Assembly: GCA_964016885.1 (NCBI GenBank)
Contig: OZ024751.1
Span: 53,134,001 to 53,198,000 of the forward strand
Length of the DNA: 64,000 nt
DNA from: Eledone cirrhosa
Lineage: Eukaryota
Direction of reading: 5' to 3'
Positions 40,350-54,486 of this stretch are shown here, piece after piece. The position numbers and the translations under genes are program-made. Positions within the stretch are counted from its first letter, which is position 1, and each line of letters begins with the position of its first letter. The notes under the pieces were generated by a model. The model was not told where the DNA came from. It saw only the letters and a program-made list of their open reading frames with translations, and did not search any database.

Positions 40350-41541
40350 TTATACCACAGTTTCGTTCGGGTTATGTTCAATAGAACTGCTCTCTTGAAT
40401 GTAATAAAGTCGCCCCGTGTCCCTAACCTGCTTACTAGCCAATTGGATAAGGTTTTTCTCCTGTTGTTTAATCAACCTTTTGATTTGGTGCGATGTATGA
40501 TGAAAATCAAATTCGTCAGCCCTTTCCGTTACTTTGATTTTGTGGTCAACGTCAATGACATTTTTGCCTTGCATGCAAGTCAGTGGTGTCTGATTTCGGA
40601 CGATTAGCTTCCCGACTTCGGCTAAACATAACTGTCGGTTGGACACAGAACAGTCCTCCGCGTCAAACTTCAGCTCGGGGAAGTTCTGCGTGGCCTGAAG
40701 ATTTTTGTAAGTGCATGGCACGCAAACACACGCAGAGTTGACTTTGCTGTAGAAAGAGGTGACGATCTGGCCGTGACACAACCTATAAAAGTAGTGGTCG
40801 GGCCTAACAGTTGGGCGTTGGTGGTTGACGGAAAGTTTATTGAATTCTTGAATTACTCTCAGTGTTCCGTGGTCCTCTTCACACATGTGACACATACTGG
40901 AAGAGAAAGTCATCCCTACACTTCGTGATTGCACAGATTCCTCTTTTAACCGACGGAGGTTGTAGTTGATGCCGTTAAACTTGCGAACAATGTCGTCGAA
41001 ATTCGATACAAGCATTACATTGCTGTCATCTTCATCGTCATAAGCCACTGTAGTGCCGTGTATAGGGACGTTGATTTCGACAGCTTGGTCGCAGACAGGA
41101 CACTTCAGCTCAGCCTCCCGCGATTTCAAATGTTTCCGAATACAGTTGTGGCATAATACATGACCACACGGAAACGTATCTGGTGTTTTTCCCACTTCAA
41201 GACTTTTGTGGTATTCAGTTTCCTTCTTGGAGCTGGCACCATCGTATTGTCCCATGTCACCATTCTGGTGTTCGTATTTATGTGACGTCTGTTCTGCTTC
41301 AGATTCTGTGCGACTTTCTCTTCGCCGAGGCCGATCGTCACTCTCCTGTCTTCCTGACAGCTGTTGTTTTGATCGCTCTTTAGAACGAGGCCGCCGCTGC
41401 TGCTGTTGCTGCTGCTGTTTGTGTTGCTGTCGTTGTTGTTGCTGCTGTTGCTGTTGCAGCTGATCATATTGACTTGATAGAGAAGACGGTTGGGATAATT
41501 TAGATCTTTGAGATGCTCGTTGTGAGGATTTCGAGTGTTGC

Positions 41542-41590
<49 letters not shown>

Positions 41591-41814
41591 GCAGCTGCTG
41601 CTGCAGCTGCTGCGACTGCTGCGGCTGCTGTTGAGCCCTTTGCTGAAAGGGTCTTGGGGCTCTCTGCTGCGGCCTGGGAGAAGGCCGAGCCGCCAGTGGC
41701 CGCTGCCGCTGCTGCTGCTGCTGCTGCTGTGATAGTTGTTGTTGTTGTTGTTGTTGATACAGTTGTGGATATTGTTGTTGCTGTTGCTGGAATGGTTTAC
41801 GTCTATGTTGATGG

Positions 41815-41848
<34 letters not shown>

Positions 41849-43154
41849 GCTGCTGCTGTTGTTGTTGTTGTTGTTGTTGTTGTTGTGACGTCTGTCGTGA
41901 GGCTGAATGCTTTCTCTGCTGAGGCGATCTCTGTTGTCGGACATTTTGCGATGATTGTTGTCTCTGTTTGTTTGACATGTGTTGTTGTTGTTGTTGTTGC
42001 TGCTGCTGTTGTTGTTGTTGTTGTGATGGTGGTGGTTGTCGTTGCTGCTGTTGTTGTTGTTGTGGCTGTGTTTGATGTTGTTGTTGTGGTTGATAGGTAG
42101 GTATTGATGTTGAACGAGTTGTCAGCTGCGGCGAATGATGTCGCTTATGTTTTTCATGTTGTTGTTGTTGTTGGCGTTGTTGACGTTGTTGTTGTTGTTG
42201 CTGCTGTTCTCGTTGATGATGATGATGTTGCTGTTGTTGTTGTTGTGGGGGTGGGGGTGTATGTGGTGTTGTCAGTTCTTCTGGCTGTTGTTGTTGTTGT
42301 GGTGGGGGTGGTGGTGTCAGTTCTTCTGGCTGTTGTTGTTGTGGTGGGGGTGGTGGTGTCAGTTCTTCTGGCTGTTGTTGTTGTGGTGGTGGTGGGGGTG
42401 GGGGTGTCAGTTCTTCTGGCTGTTGTTGTTGTGGTGGGGGTGGTGGTGTCAGTTCTTCTGGCTGTTGTTGTTGTGGTGGGGGTGGTGGTGTCAGTTCTTC
42501 TGGCTGTTGTTGTTGTGGTGGGGGTGGTGGTGTCAGTTCTTCTGGCTGTTGTTGTTGTGGTGGTGGTGGGGGTGGGGGTGTCAGTTCTTCTGGCTGTTGT
42601 TGTTGTGGTGGGGGTGGTGGTGTCAGCTCTTCTGGCTGTTGTTGTTGTTGTTGTGGTGGGGCTGGTGGTGTCAGTTCTTCTGGCTGTTGTTGTGGTGGGG
42701 GTGGTGGTGTCTGTGGTGTTGTCAGTTCTTCTGGCTGTTGTTGTTGTGAGGGTGGTGGTGTTGTCAGTTCTTCAGGCTGTTGTTGTTGGGGTGGTGGTGG
42801 TGGTGTCGGTTGCTGCTGCTGTTGCGGTGTTGGTAGTTGGGGTGTTGGTGGCGGCGTTTGTGGTGGTGGTGGTGGTGTTGGTGATGGTGGTAGGAGTTGT
42901 TCCTCCTCTTCCTCCTCCTCCTTCTTCTCACCCTCTACCTCCTCCTGCTGTTGTTGTTCTTCTTCTTCTTGTGGTGGTGGTGATGATGGTAGTGGTTGTT
43001 GCTGTTGTTGTTGTTGCTGCTGTTGTTCCTGCTCATCCTGCTGTTGTGGTCCAGGTGTTTCAGGAACCATTGAAAGATTTGTGTCGTTTTTATTGATATC
43101 TTCGTTAGTGGCCATATTTTCTTCTTTGATGCTGGCCGACGTCTCCAAGAGCAT
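40350..43154 (-). CDS. 934-aa polyQ/polyP protein with a degenerate TRIM-like (RING, B-box, coiled-coil) C-terminal module
   Basis: 2.8-kb uninterrupted ORF in AT-rich DNA. Partial RING PCGHVLCHNC..CPVC, B-box-like MCHMCEEDH and FY...CVCVPC, coiled-coil-like HQIKRLIKQQEKNLIQL. The start (M1 or M14, MATNED) is uncertain. Confidence 0.8.
42250..42790 (-). repeat. Coding minisatellite encoding QQQQPEELTPPPPP, about 12 copies
   Basis: Repeated gtcagttcttctggctgttgttg..ggtggtg units; all length variation is in multiples of 3. Confidence 0.9.
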
Positions 43155-45421
43155 TCGGAGGCCAGAAGAAGATTAAAAAAAAAAATGAAACTTGGCAACC
43201 CCAAGTTCCCCCTTTCTGTCTATACTTCAACCCCAGTCACTCTACACTTCTGTGTATATCTTGTCTTGCCTTGCTGTAACAACCACTCATACGAAAATGA
43301 CTTCAGAAAAAAAATAAAAAAAATAGAGACAAGCAAACTAAAATTTACCTGTCCGCAGGTAAGTACAATTATCAGTCATGTGTGTTAATAGGAGTGTTTA
43401 CCTGTTCGTAATTATTTTATTTAATTTAATTTATATATGTGTGTGTATATATATAAATGTGTGTGTGTATATATGTCTCGTTTTTTTTCCTTTTCGTGTG
43501 ATTGCTAACGAGTTTGTAAGAGTGAAATCGAAATTCTGTTAAAGATTTGTTTTCACCTTTCATTTGGTTATAACTCGAGAAAGTTTTCCTTCGTAAAGAA
43601 GAGGGCAAACTAACCCCCAACAAAATAGGGTGTATGCAAATGGAATGTATGTATATATATGTATATGTATGTATATATATGTATATGTATGTATCTATGT
43701 ATGTAAGTATGTGCGTGTGTGTATGTATGATTTTGTTTCAGTGTTGTTGTTGTTGTTTTAATTAAAGCTTCGAGGTTAATATTTCCTCACTTGTGATATA
43801 TATATATATATATATTCATATACTTGTTAATAAATTCCGTGTGTATATTAGTATTAATTGAGAAAATATTAAAGAATATAAAATAAATATGTATTATAAC
43901 GTGTCAGAAATAAGTTATAATTACTATTGTTATTGTTATTACTAATATTATTGTTAAAACCGAAATATTTAAAGTATGTATAATATCTTTACCAGATAAC
44001 TAGATTACAAAGATAAATTAGAAAAGACAGATAGATATTTTGATTCGATTTAAAAGAATAGTGAGTTATTAATTTAGGAATTATAGCTGTAGCAGCCCTG
44101 AAGTTTAGTGAAATGTGCTGAAGTTTGGTGGGTGTAAAAAGTACGAAAATATGGTAAATATCAGGAAATATTGGAAGCGTGATTAATATTTGAAATAATA
44201 TCGAAATAAATCCGAGAAAAATCGGTGATTTTAGAATGAATATTCGAAGTAACTTTTCTCTGTCAAAATAAGGAACTTGTTATATTAGTTGAATTGTTGT
44301 ATTATTGGTTGTTGTTGTTGTTATTGTTGTTATTTTAAGGAATATCCAAGTTGCAGATTGATCTAATCCCTGATTGCAAAGATCCAAAAATTCAATAACA
44401 TATTTTCTAGTTTTAGGAGTTGGATTTCTTCGTAATTTTTTTTAAAAATCCCTTTAATTGTATATTATTATTAGAAAGTTACTCCTCCAAAACGTAAGGT
44501 TTTCTCCTTTGTTAATGAAATTGTAATGAGTTTGAAGTTGTTTTTAAGTTGGAATATTTCCCAATAACAGAACACTTCGATTAAATCTAACAGAAGTGTG
44601 TGAATAAAAGAAAAAAAAACTGTAAAATTCCCGTTTAGAGTCAGTTATTATCTGTAAGAAAAGATTTCTTATAATTTATATCCTTCGACTGTTTTTCCTG
44701 GTGTTGAGAAAATGTAATATTCCGTTTAATTTGATAATCTCTTGAGAAATACAAAACCTCATGTGAAAAGAACACGTATATATATATATATAGATATATT
44801 TATAAGTATATATAACGAAGAATCTTTTCTTTTCTACGGCTGAATGTACAGCGTTTAAATAGTTGACTGGAATGCAAAGGAAACGGTTTCGATTCTTTTG
44901 TTACTTGTACAAACTCAATGCTTCTTTGCCGGAGTTCATTCAAATATGTTTATCTACAACAGTGTTTGTACAAGCAGGAATATTTATATAACAATTATTA
45001 TTCATATATATATTCATATATAGATAGATAGATAGATAGATATAGATATATATGTATTTTGTTAATTATATATGATCGATCAAAGTTTTTTTTTCAATCG
45101 TAATCAATTTCACTGACAGTGTTAGTAATTATAAATGATTTTTCTTTGATGTTAATTAGTGTTGCTTTTGTTTCCCGATACGTGTTTTGATGTATTTGAT
45201 AAATGTATTTTATAAAATCGGTTCGATTCCAACAACAAAGTAGATCACAAATTATTTTGTCACATTGCAACTTTGTCTTGCGTTAAATATAAGAGAAATG
45301 TTGTGCTTCCTTGTTCAATTATTATTTTTAATATATATATATGTATTTATTATTTTGCTTTTCTTTATATATTTGTAGTTATAAAGGTATACACACACAT
45401 GTATATATATACACACACAAT

Positions 45422-45460
<39 letters not shown>

Positions 45461-46206
45461 CACACTGTGGTGAGGTACGACGTAAGAATATTTGAATGAT
45501 TAAGTTCTACCTTGCAAATATAAAAAAAAAATTCTTTTGTATCGAATATCACTATTTTCAGAGTTATATGATATTATTTGTCGTCTAATATATGTAAAAA
45601 ACATATATTTATATATATACATATACACAAAGGCACACGCACACACACATACACACACACACTCACATATATGTATAAATATATATATGCTCCAATATGT
45701 GTGTATAAATCAATAAATATGCCCGTGGGAGTCAATATGTTTCAATACGTAAGTGTATCCGATTAATAATGAATTGTTTCTCTTATTTTCTTTTCTTCGA
45801 GTTCACCTTTAGATTTTTCTCGCTGTGTGTGTTCTTTGAAATATTAGAACCACCAAGTGCACCCCATTCTCTGCAATTGTCTCCTCAGATCTCAAACAAT
45901 AACAAGAATTAACGAATAACGCTATCCAAGCAACGTTTTCTTCTTCTTCTTCTTCTTCTTCTTCTTCTTCTTCTTCTTCTTCTTCTTCTTCTTCTTCTTC
46001 TTCTTCTTCCTTGCTCCAGAAATTTGACCAAATTCGATTTGGAGTTGTGAGGGTGTTTTTTTTTAATTGTTAAAGTGTTTTTGGTGTCCAACCAATGTTT
46101 TCGTCTTGTAAATTCTTTCTATGGTTATCTGGTTGTGTTAGTATTTATTCAGTTTGTATGTGTATGTGTCGCAGCAACAACAATACCACCACTACTACTA
46201 CCACTT

Positions 46207-46242
<36 letters not shown>

Positions 46243-47324
46243 AGGTAATGTCAATTGCATCAAATGAAGACTTGTAAGTAGTGTTTGTTTATTATTGTCT
46301 TCCCTCTGTTTTTGAGTTGAAACTTAGTCTCATACAAGCAAAACACTCACGCGCAACAACAAAAAAGCCCATACACAGAGTCACGCATACAAATTCACAA
46401 AGACGCACCCACATATAGACAGACACACACCACACGCACACGCTCACGTACGCTCATTCACACACACATACACACACATGCTGTTATAAATACATCAATG
46501 ATTCACTCTTGGAATATTTTTACAATTACTGGGACGAACAGTTAACACCAGGAAATCACCTTCTAATGATGTCTTGGTTGTTGTTGCTGTTGTTATTGGA
46601 GTCGCTGTTGTTGTTATTGCTGTTATTATTGTTGTTATTATTGCTGTTGTTATTGGTATTGCTGTCGTTGTTGCTCTTTTGTTTGTTGTTGTTGTTGGTG
46701 GTTTTATGTTTGTCGCAGATTTTATTTCGTTTTAGTTGTTGTAATTCTTATAGTTTCTTCTTTTTCACATACTCTCTTCTCTTTCTCTTTCTCTCTCAGC
46801 GTTTCCTCCTGTTTCTCTTCTTCACTCTCTTCTCTTCTCTCCTCTTTACTTTTATTTATTGTTTTCAGCTCCCTAATTCTTCTTATTTCATCTTTTTTTG
46901 CAGGAGTTATATATATATGTATATGTATATTCTTAATTTAGAGTTAACAATTCTTGGGTTGATTTCTTGTCTTTAAATATGAAAACAGAGAGAGGGAGAG
47001 AGAGAGAGGGGGAGGAGGATGGGGGGGGGGGAGAATTTAAAGAAGATAAGAGGAGAGAGACAAGAGAGAGGAGGGTTTAGCTGTGAGATCAACGAATAAC
47101 AGGGTGACCTGAGTGTATCCTTGGAGGCGGATAGACGGCGGTGGAAACACAACCACACGGAAATTAGTATTGTTTTTTATTCTTCTAGCTGTCAGTATCT
47201 TCTGCCTTCTTCATTTTCTTTTACATTTTACTCTTTCCGTTTCTTATGGCAACCACCTGAATGTTAGATAAAAGACAGAAGGTAATAGGTGAGGAAGAAA
47301 ACAAAAAAATAATGGAAACATATC

Positions 47325-47384
<60 letters not shown>

Positions 47385-47393
47385 ATGGAAATA

Positions 47394-47471
<78 letters not shown>

Positions 47472-48049
47472 TATATATATAATGGAAATAAAACAATTAA
47501 AGAGAAATGTAAAACAAAACTCACCCCCCCCCCCCAGCTTGAAAAGCCTAAATGTGACTTAACTACTCATTAAACTAGCTAGTTAATTTACTAATGTTGG
47601 CTTTGATTGAGAAATAATCGGTGTTGATTACGTACAAGAATTTCTACAGCACTTCCAGTTGTGTTTGGTAAGTAATTTACATAGTGTGGCGGGTGGTAAG
47701 TTCTACAGGGGTCAGTGGAATTAAAGAATAAATAAATAAACAAACATAAAATGAGACGAGACCACCAATTTCTTACATCTATTTTGAAAAGTACATTGCA
47801 TGGCATGATTCAATCAATTTAATTTAACTTGGCAACAGGTCTTAATTAATTATATATTTTGTCTTAAATCTTACTAAAATTCTTTATATTATTTTTGTTG
47901 TTGGTTGTTGTTGTTGGTGGTGGTAAAGGGAAACAATGTCTCATTGGTATTTTTATTGTTGACACTATGGTAAATCATACTTGCCTGAGATGTTATGGGG
48001 TTAGATCGAAACCGGTACCTTATGATTGCAAAGTGAAATTCTCTGCCAT

Positions 48050-48240
48050 AAACAATTGTTTCTACTTTTGGCACAAGGCCAGCAATTATCCTAGTGCATT
48101 ACTCGTACTTTATTTTATCGACCCCCATAGGGATGAAAGGCAAAGTTAACCTCAGCGGGATTTGAACTCAGACCGCAAAGGGCCGTAACTCTATCCTGCA
48201 AAGCATAGCGCCCGACCCTCTATCGATACTGCCAATCCTC
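48050..48240 (-). mobile_element. tRNA-derived SINE (Deu/Nin-type domain)
   Basis: Reverse complement of the family at 59949-60170. Confidence 0.78.
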
Positions 48241-50224
48241 AGCGATAGATAATATAGCTAATATGTATGAAGAAATTATTATTTCTAGTGGAAATATTTG
48301 TAGAAAATTTCTCTGAAGTCAATATTTTAAAAGTTCATTCTAACAGTAATGCATTTCAGATTTGGAAGATTTCAAAGACATAGAGTATTAACTTGATGTA
48401 ATCAAAAGCATTAGAATAACAAAACTATTTAGTAAAACATGACACGGATATAGATTTAATTAATAAATACATAAGTATGGAGATAGCGAAATTTATCTGC
48501 TTAGTGTCAGCATTTATAACCATTAATAACAGAAACAAGCTAGGAGACAATTTTGTTCAAAGTGAGTGAACCATTGTACTATTAATACTATTAACAGAAG
48601 CACATAAACACATATACGTATGTATTTAACAACCATCAAATCTAAATCAAAATGTTGAAATATTCATTAAAATTCAATGAGTCTTCAATGAAGCTCCAGT
48701 AGAGCACGTGATACCAAAATCGCAAAGAAAGAATTAAAATAAAAGCAGTTTTATATTTCAAAATGTAGGTTTTTGAAACGCGTAAGTTCTCATACAATTT
48801 CAAATCTCATTCAACAAACGTTTCTTTATATATTAAATGTTTTCTTTATTCTTCATTCTTCTCGAAAGATTATATTTGTAACTCACAGAAGAATATAAAT
48901 CCCTCAAACAATAAAACAGTTTCTATCTACATTTCTAAAATTGTATTAAATCTAATAAAAAAATTTATATTGAAATGTGTTGTATTAATTGTGATCTTAT
49001 CAAGAATGAAAAACTGGCAAAAGATTTGATTTCTTTCGCCTCGTTCAAAGCCAATACATTTAAAAGTCCTCAACCCCAGTCTATTTAGAACTACATATGT
49101 TCTAACTAGGTTTACAACTAGTTAAAGAAAGAAGTAAAAGTAAAATTAATATCATAACTATGCATTTATCTCAGGCACCTCCAATCCACCACCACCTTTG
49201 ATTGGCTCTTTATTAATCGACTCCTAGATGATGAAAAACAATGTTAACATCGGTGGTGTTAGTAGCAAAGACAAATACTTGTTGAAAGAGATTTTAGTTT
49301 TCACATTGGTCGTTTAAGTAACTGTAAAGAATTTTACCACTCAAGCCAAGATTTAATCCAGTTTTACACTGATGAGACACAAAAGATAATTAAGTAAACG
49401 TTTAACTTTCAATTCAACAAAATATAGGTCACATAGTTTCCGTAGTGATCGTATTTGTTCTTGCCATAGAAAGACGTATTAATTATAAACCGTTCACCAT
49501 GATTGAAACTAAAGAGAAATAACAAAAGACAGAGTATCCATAGTTAACTGCAATCACTTAAGTTATTCCTATCAGTTCGTTCAAGATCTCATGCTTCTAT
49601 TTGTATCACAATAAAACAGACCCTAACATATGTGTGTGAGAGTGTTTATGTATGTATGTACGCATGTACGCGTGTGACGCCCTTATACACACACACACAC
49701 ATATATATAAATATATTGAAATTAACCTGCAAATGGCTGAGCATTCACCCCGCCCCCTATATATATAGAGAGAGAGAGGGAGAGTGGCTTTCAGGAAGAT
49801 TCAATGTAACACAGTCTGTGACAAGGCTGGCTCTTTGAATTACAAATACAGCTCATTTTTCTAGTTGAGTGGGCTGAAGCAACGTGAAATAAAGTGTCTT
49901 GCTCAAGGACATAATATGCTAATGGAGGAAAACACACATCACCTTACGATCGTGCGTCGAACACCCTTTCAACCAAGCCACACACCTTTACATATTTGAA
50001 TCGATTACACTCCCACAAACGATGTCGATTACTTATCACCAAATGATCTTGATTGATTTTCCTCTGTTGGCACATACATTTCTATTCACATATAACTAAT
50101 CCCACACACAAACATACTCAGATATAAATTTATCCCAATGTGTGAATGAGTGTTTAAATATGTGTGTGTCTGTGGTTTTTTGGTGTGTGGGTGTATGTGT
50201 ATGTATGTGGGGATGCATATAAAA

Positions 50225-50257
<33 letters not shown>

Positions 50258-50479
50258 ATTTGTACACAAATCTATGTGCATATAAAAATACACCCGTACC
50301 AAATGACTTCAGAACAATGAAATACATTAACATTATACCTGGTTTCTAAATATATTTACACCATTTATAGGATTTTATAGAATGGGGAGAGACAGATTGA
50401 ATGACTATCGTCTATATAGATAGATAGATAGATAGATAGATATATAGATAGATAGATAGATAGCTGGATACTTAGATAG

Positions 50480-50545
<66 letters not shown>

Positions 50546-50551
50546 ATATAT

Positions 50552-50960
50552 ATATAGAACTAATTGAAATAAGGCTCAGAATTGACCAAAGGAAAGATCC
50601 CAGTAAAGTACTTTAAAATAAAGAAACCTTCTAAGCGTCTCTCTCCAGGGGTAAACTTCTTGTCAAGCGACATAAATCTAGAGGGCTTAACATATCTCTC
50701 TTACTATGGAACAGAAATTATTTCTAATGATCAAGCAAGTTCTGGCAGAAATGACTATCTTAATTCATTGAGATGGGAAATTCTGTTACTTTAGCTTGTG
50801 AAACTGTGAGAGAAAAATTTGTTAAGACCCCTAGATTCATGTCGCTTGACAAGAAGTTTACCCTTGGGGTGAGGCTCTTATAAGGCTTCTTTATTTTAAA
50901 GTATTTTACTGCGATCTTCCCTTTGGTCAATTCTGAGCTTTATAAAAGATAGTTCTATAT
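50552..50960. mobile_element. Older fold-back MITE
   Basis: Imperfect inverted arms of about 140 bp (gctcagaattgaccaaagg..ggtaaacttcttgtcaagcgac / gtcgcttgacaagaagtttacc..cctttggtcaattctgagc). Confidence 0.8.
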
Positions 50961-51201
50961 TTGTATTTATAAGCTTCTCTCAATTCTCTAAGCGATATGA
51001 TTCATTGAGATGTAATGTATATTACTCACATATATATATTTATATATACATATATATATATGTATAGATAGATAGATGAGTATTAGCTATGTAGCAGCTG
51101 CTACATACTCACCAACATGCGTGCTCTCACACGTCTAAATACATCACCAACATGTGACACACACACAAACACTTGTATATTTCACACACATACATACAGA
51201 A

Positions 51202-51304
<103 letters not shown>

Positions 51305-51608
51305 AAGATACCTTCCAAATATAGATGGTAAAGTATCCCAAGAGCGCCAACTGACAAAGAAGGGAGTGAAAGGTGCGTGAGGGCTTAGCAAAAGGAGAAA
51401 AAATATAGGAAGGAGAGAAAAAACCCAATAATATAGACTGTAGTCCAACGTGCAGACAAAGAAGAATGACACTAGGGCGTAGAAAAATATACAGAAAAGC
51501 AGACCAGGCGATGTAATGATAGTTTCAAAGAACGCCCATAGAGAGAGAGCGAGAATGGATGAGTGAGATAGAGGGTAATAATTGTTTCTAATTTAGGCAC
51601 AAAGCCAG

Positions 51609-51671
<63 letters not shown>

Positions 51672-51960
51672 GTAATAACAAATACAAAGACCAGAGAGGT
51701 CTCGATAAAGTAGCTTATACAGAGGAGAGAGAGAGACAGAGTGAGAGAGAGAAAATGAGAGAGAGAGAGAAGTGCGAAAGAGATATGGAGAAAGAATCGA
51801 TCCCATTATTGGACTGTTACATTCTTTATTGTAAAAGAAAAAGTTGACCGCGGCGGTATTTGAACACGGACCACAGGGAGGTGCATCATATAATATCGAC
51901 CATTCTAATCGATATTAAAAAATATATGTAAAACTGTAGAGTGCATACACACACATATAC

Positions 51961-52018
<58 letters not shown>

Positions 52019-52195
52019 GTTTATATATATATATAGAGAGAGATATATATATAAATAATATATTTATGTAGAGCTGCAATCATTATTTTCCAAGAAATTG
52101 ACCAGCGACTGAGTCATCTGGAGCAACGTCAGTGTGTATGTATGTATGTATGTATGTATGTATGTATGTATGTATGTATGTATGTATGTATGTAT

Positions 52196-52237
<42 letters not shown>

Positions 52238-52252
52238 ATATATATATATATG

Positions 52253-52292
<40 letters not shown>

Positions 52293-52300
52293 TATGTATG

Positions 52301-52337
<37 letters not shown>

Positions 52338-52569
52338 GTATGTATATATATATGTATGTATATATATGTATATATATATATGTATGTATATATATGTATA
52401 TATATATATGTATGTATATATATATGTATATATATATATATATATGTATGTATATATATGTATATATATATATATATGTATGTATATATATGTATATATA
52501 TATATATATGTATGTATAACTTTGAATAACTTTGAAATGTGTTGACCAGTATTGGCCCAGGCCATGTCT

Positions 52570-52940
52570 AACTTAATAGCACCACCTGGCGAAGTCTTTC
52601 AATTCAGGATTTGGGCACCATGGCCCATTCGAGAAGTGAATTACTGTTTGCGGAGACATATCCGGGTGTGGGTGGTTTGTCCGGGATTACTTGGAGGAAT
52701 TTGTCCAAAGACTTCTTGAATTTTGTGTGGTCAGTTTCTGTTTTGACGTGTCCTGGTGTGATGTTGAAGAGAGCAGGGCCGATTGAGGTGAAATAATTGT
52801 GCCGTATTGTTGTTATGAGTTGCGATTTAGATTTTTGAATGGGACGGATAGCACGGGGCCCAAGCCTTGGGTGTATCTTGAAGGCGATGCCAACATCATT
52901 TGGGCAGTGATGATGGAACATTTTCCACATCATGCAGATA
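52570..52940 (-). mobile_element. CR1-group LINE 3' end
   Basis: [39 protein letters not shown], a C-terminal signature of CR1-group ORF2; embedded in (TA)/(TATG) arrays. Confidence 0.75.
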
Positions 52941-52961
52941 ATATGTATATATATATGTATG

Positions 52962-52994
<33 letters not shown>

Positions 52995-53049
52995 ATATAT
53001 GTATATATATATATATATGTATGTATATATGTATATATATATATATATG

Positions 53050-53148
<99 letters not shown>

Positions 53149-53159
53149 GTATGTATATA

Positions 53160-53202
<43 letters not shown>

Positions 53203-53284
53203 GTTATTCCGGGTTGAATCGGAGGTAACCACAGTAAGTAAGGTACTCAATACATAGCAGAGTATAAAAGTTTTAATATAGATG

Positions 53285-53335
53285 AGATTCTACAGGACTA
53301 GAACTGTTTCATTCTTTAGAAATCATCAGGAATCT
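53285..53335 (-). ncRNA. Type I hammerhead ribozyme motif
   Basis: Exact reverse complement of 53634-53684. Confidence 0.6.
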
Positions 53336-53633
53336 GGGTATCAAAAAATAAAAATGGTATTTATAGGTCTCTACAAGTGGTAGGAGAGGGTGGGGAGTGG
53401 GATGGGTGTAGGTCATTGGTTGATAGAAAAGGGAATTCATTAAAAGCTAATTCTACAAAGCTATAGTTTATTTTTATTTATTTATGTTTTTATAAAAATA
53501 AACTATAGCTTTGTAGAATTAGCTTTTAATGAATTCCCTTTTCTATCAACCAATGACCTACACCCATCCCACTCCCCACCCTCTCCTACCACTTGTAGAG
53601 ACCTATAAATACCATTTTTATTTTTTGATACCC

Positions 53634-53684
53634 AGATTCCTGATGATTTCTAAAGAATGAAACAGTTCTAGTCCTGTAGAATCT
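53634..53684 (+). ncRNA. Type I hammerhead ribozyme motif
   Basis: AGATTC-CTGATGA-TTTCTAAAGAAT-GAA-ACAG-TTCTAGTC-CTGT-A-GAATCT: stem I AGATTC/GAATCT, CUGAUGA core, short stem II, GAAA, stem III ACAG/CTGT, GUA cleavage triplet. Confidence 0.65.
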
Positions 53685-53737
53685 CATCTATATTAAAACT
53701 ATATATATATATATATATATGTGTGTGTATATATATA

Positions 53738-53849
<112 letters not shown>

Positions 53850-54486
53850 TGTATATATATTGGTCAGGTCACCAGTTGGTGCTACTGGTAACATGTATCC
53901 CAGTACAACCTGTCCCATGGTCGGGTCGTTGGCGACTAAACTGGCAACCCCACCAAGGTTTCTTGGTGAGGAGGGTGACTTTGGACATCCTGCAGGACTA
54001 AAAACAAAACCTGTCAAAGGGCAAAGGAGCTCTTAAGAGTCAATGGCCATCCAAAATCACCGGGAGAGATGACCCCTTAGCCTTTGTCAAGGCAGAATTC
54101 TAGGAGAAGGAAAACTCTGATATAACACCTGCAACCCTGATGGTATCCAATGATGTTGACTTGTTCTTCTTTTTGGTAAATATCATCTTGGTTAAGAGAG
54201 TGGGACTGGCTTTGTGCAGTGCCTTTGCTCACTATAAAAGCTTCACGGCACAGGCATTGCTTTATATCTGGAGATCTCTCTGCACTTGTCGTCACATGGT
54301 ACCATGGGCCCAGCACTATGTGTCAGTAATTGTCACAAGTGTAGTGTTTGTACCAGAGTTTTCAAGTCGCTGGCTGGACTAAAAAGTCACACTCGTTCAG
54401 CGCATCGGTAGGGGTTCTCCTACATGGATATAAAGTAGTGGCCGTACTCGAAAACGAGTTGGCAGCCACCATGTATATATATGTAT

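Larger units (their letters stand above)
53205..53700. mobile_element. Penelope-like non-autonomous element with inverted arms carrying hammerhead motifs
   Basis: Inverted repeat 53269-53478 / 53491-53700, with a hammerhead core in each arm; a related copy lies at 60620-60800. Confidence 0.7.

Noticed and set aside
41513-43096. Val/Leu-rich plus-strand ORFs resembling membrane proteins
   Set aside because: Antisense shadows of the polyQ/polyP codons of the minus-strand gene.
46509-46976. 155-aa Leu/Phe-rich ORF
   Set aside because: Derived from (TTG)n and CT-rich low-complexity sequence.
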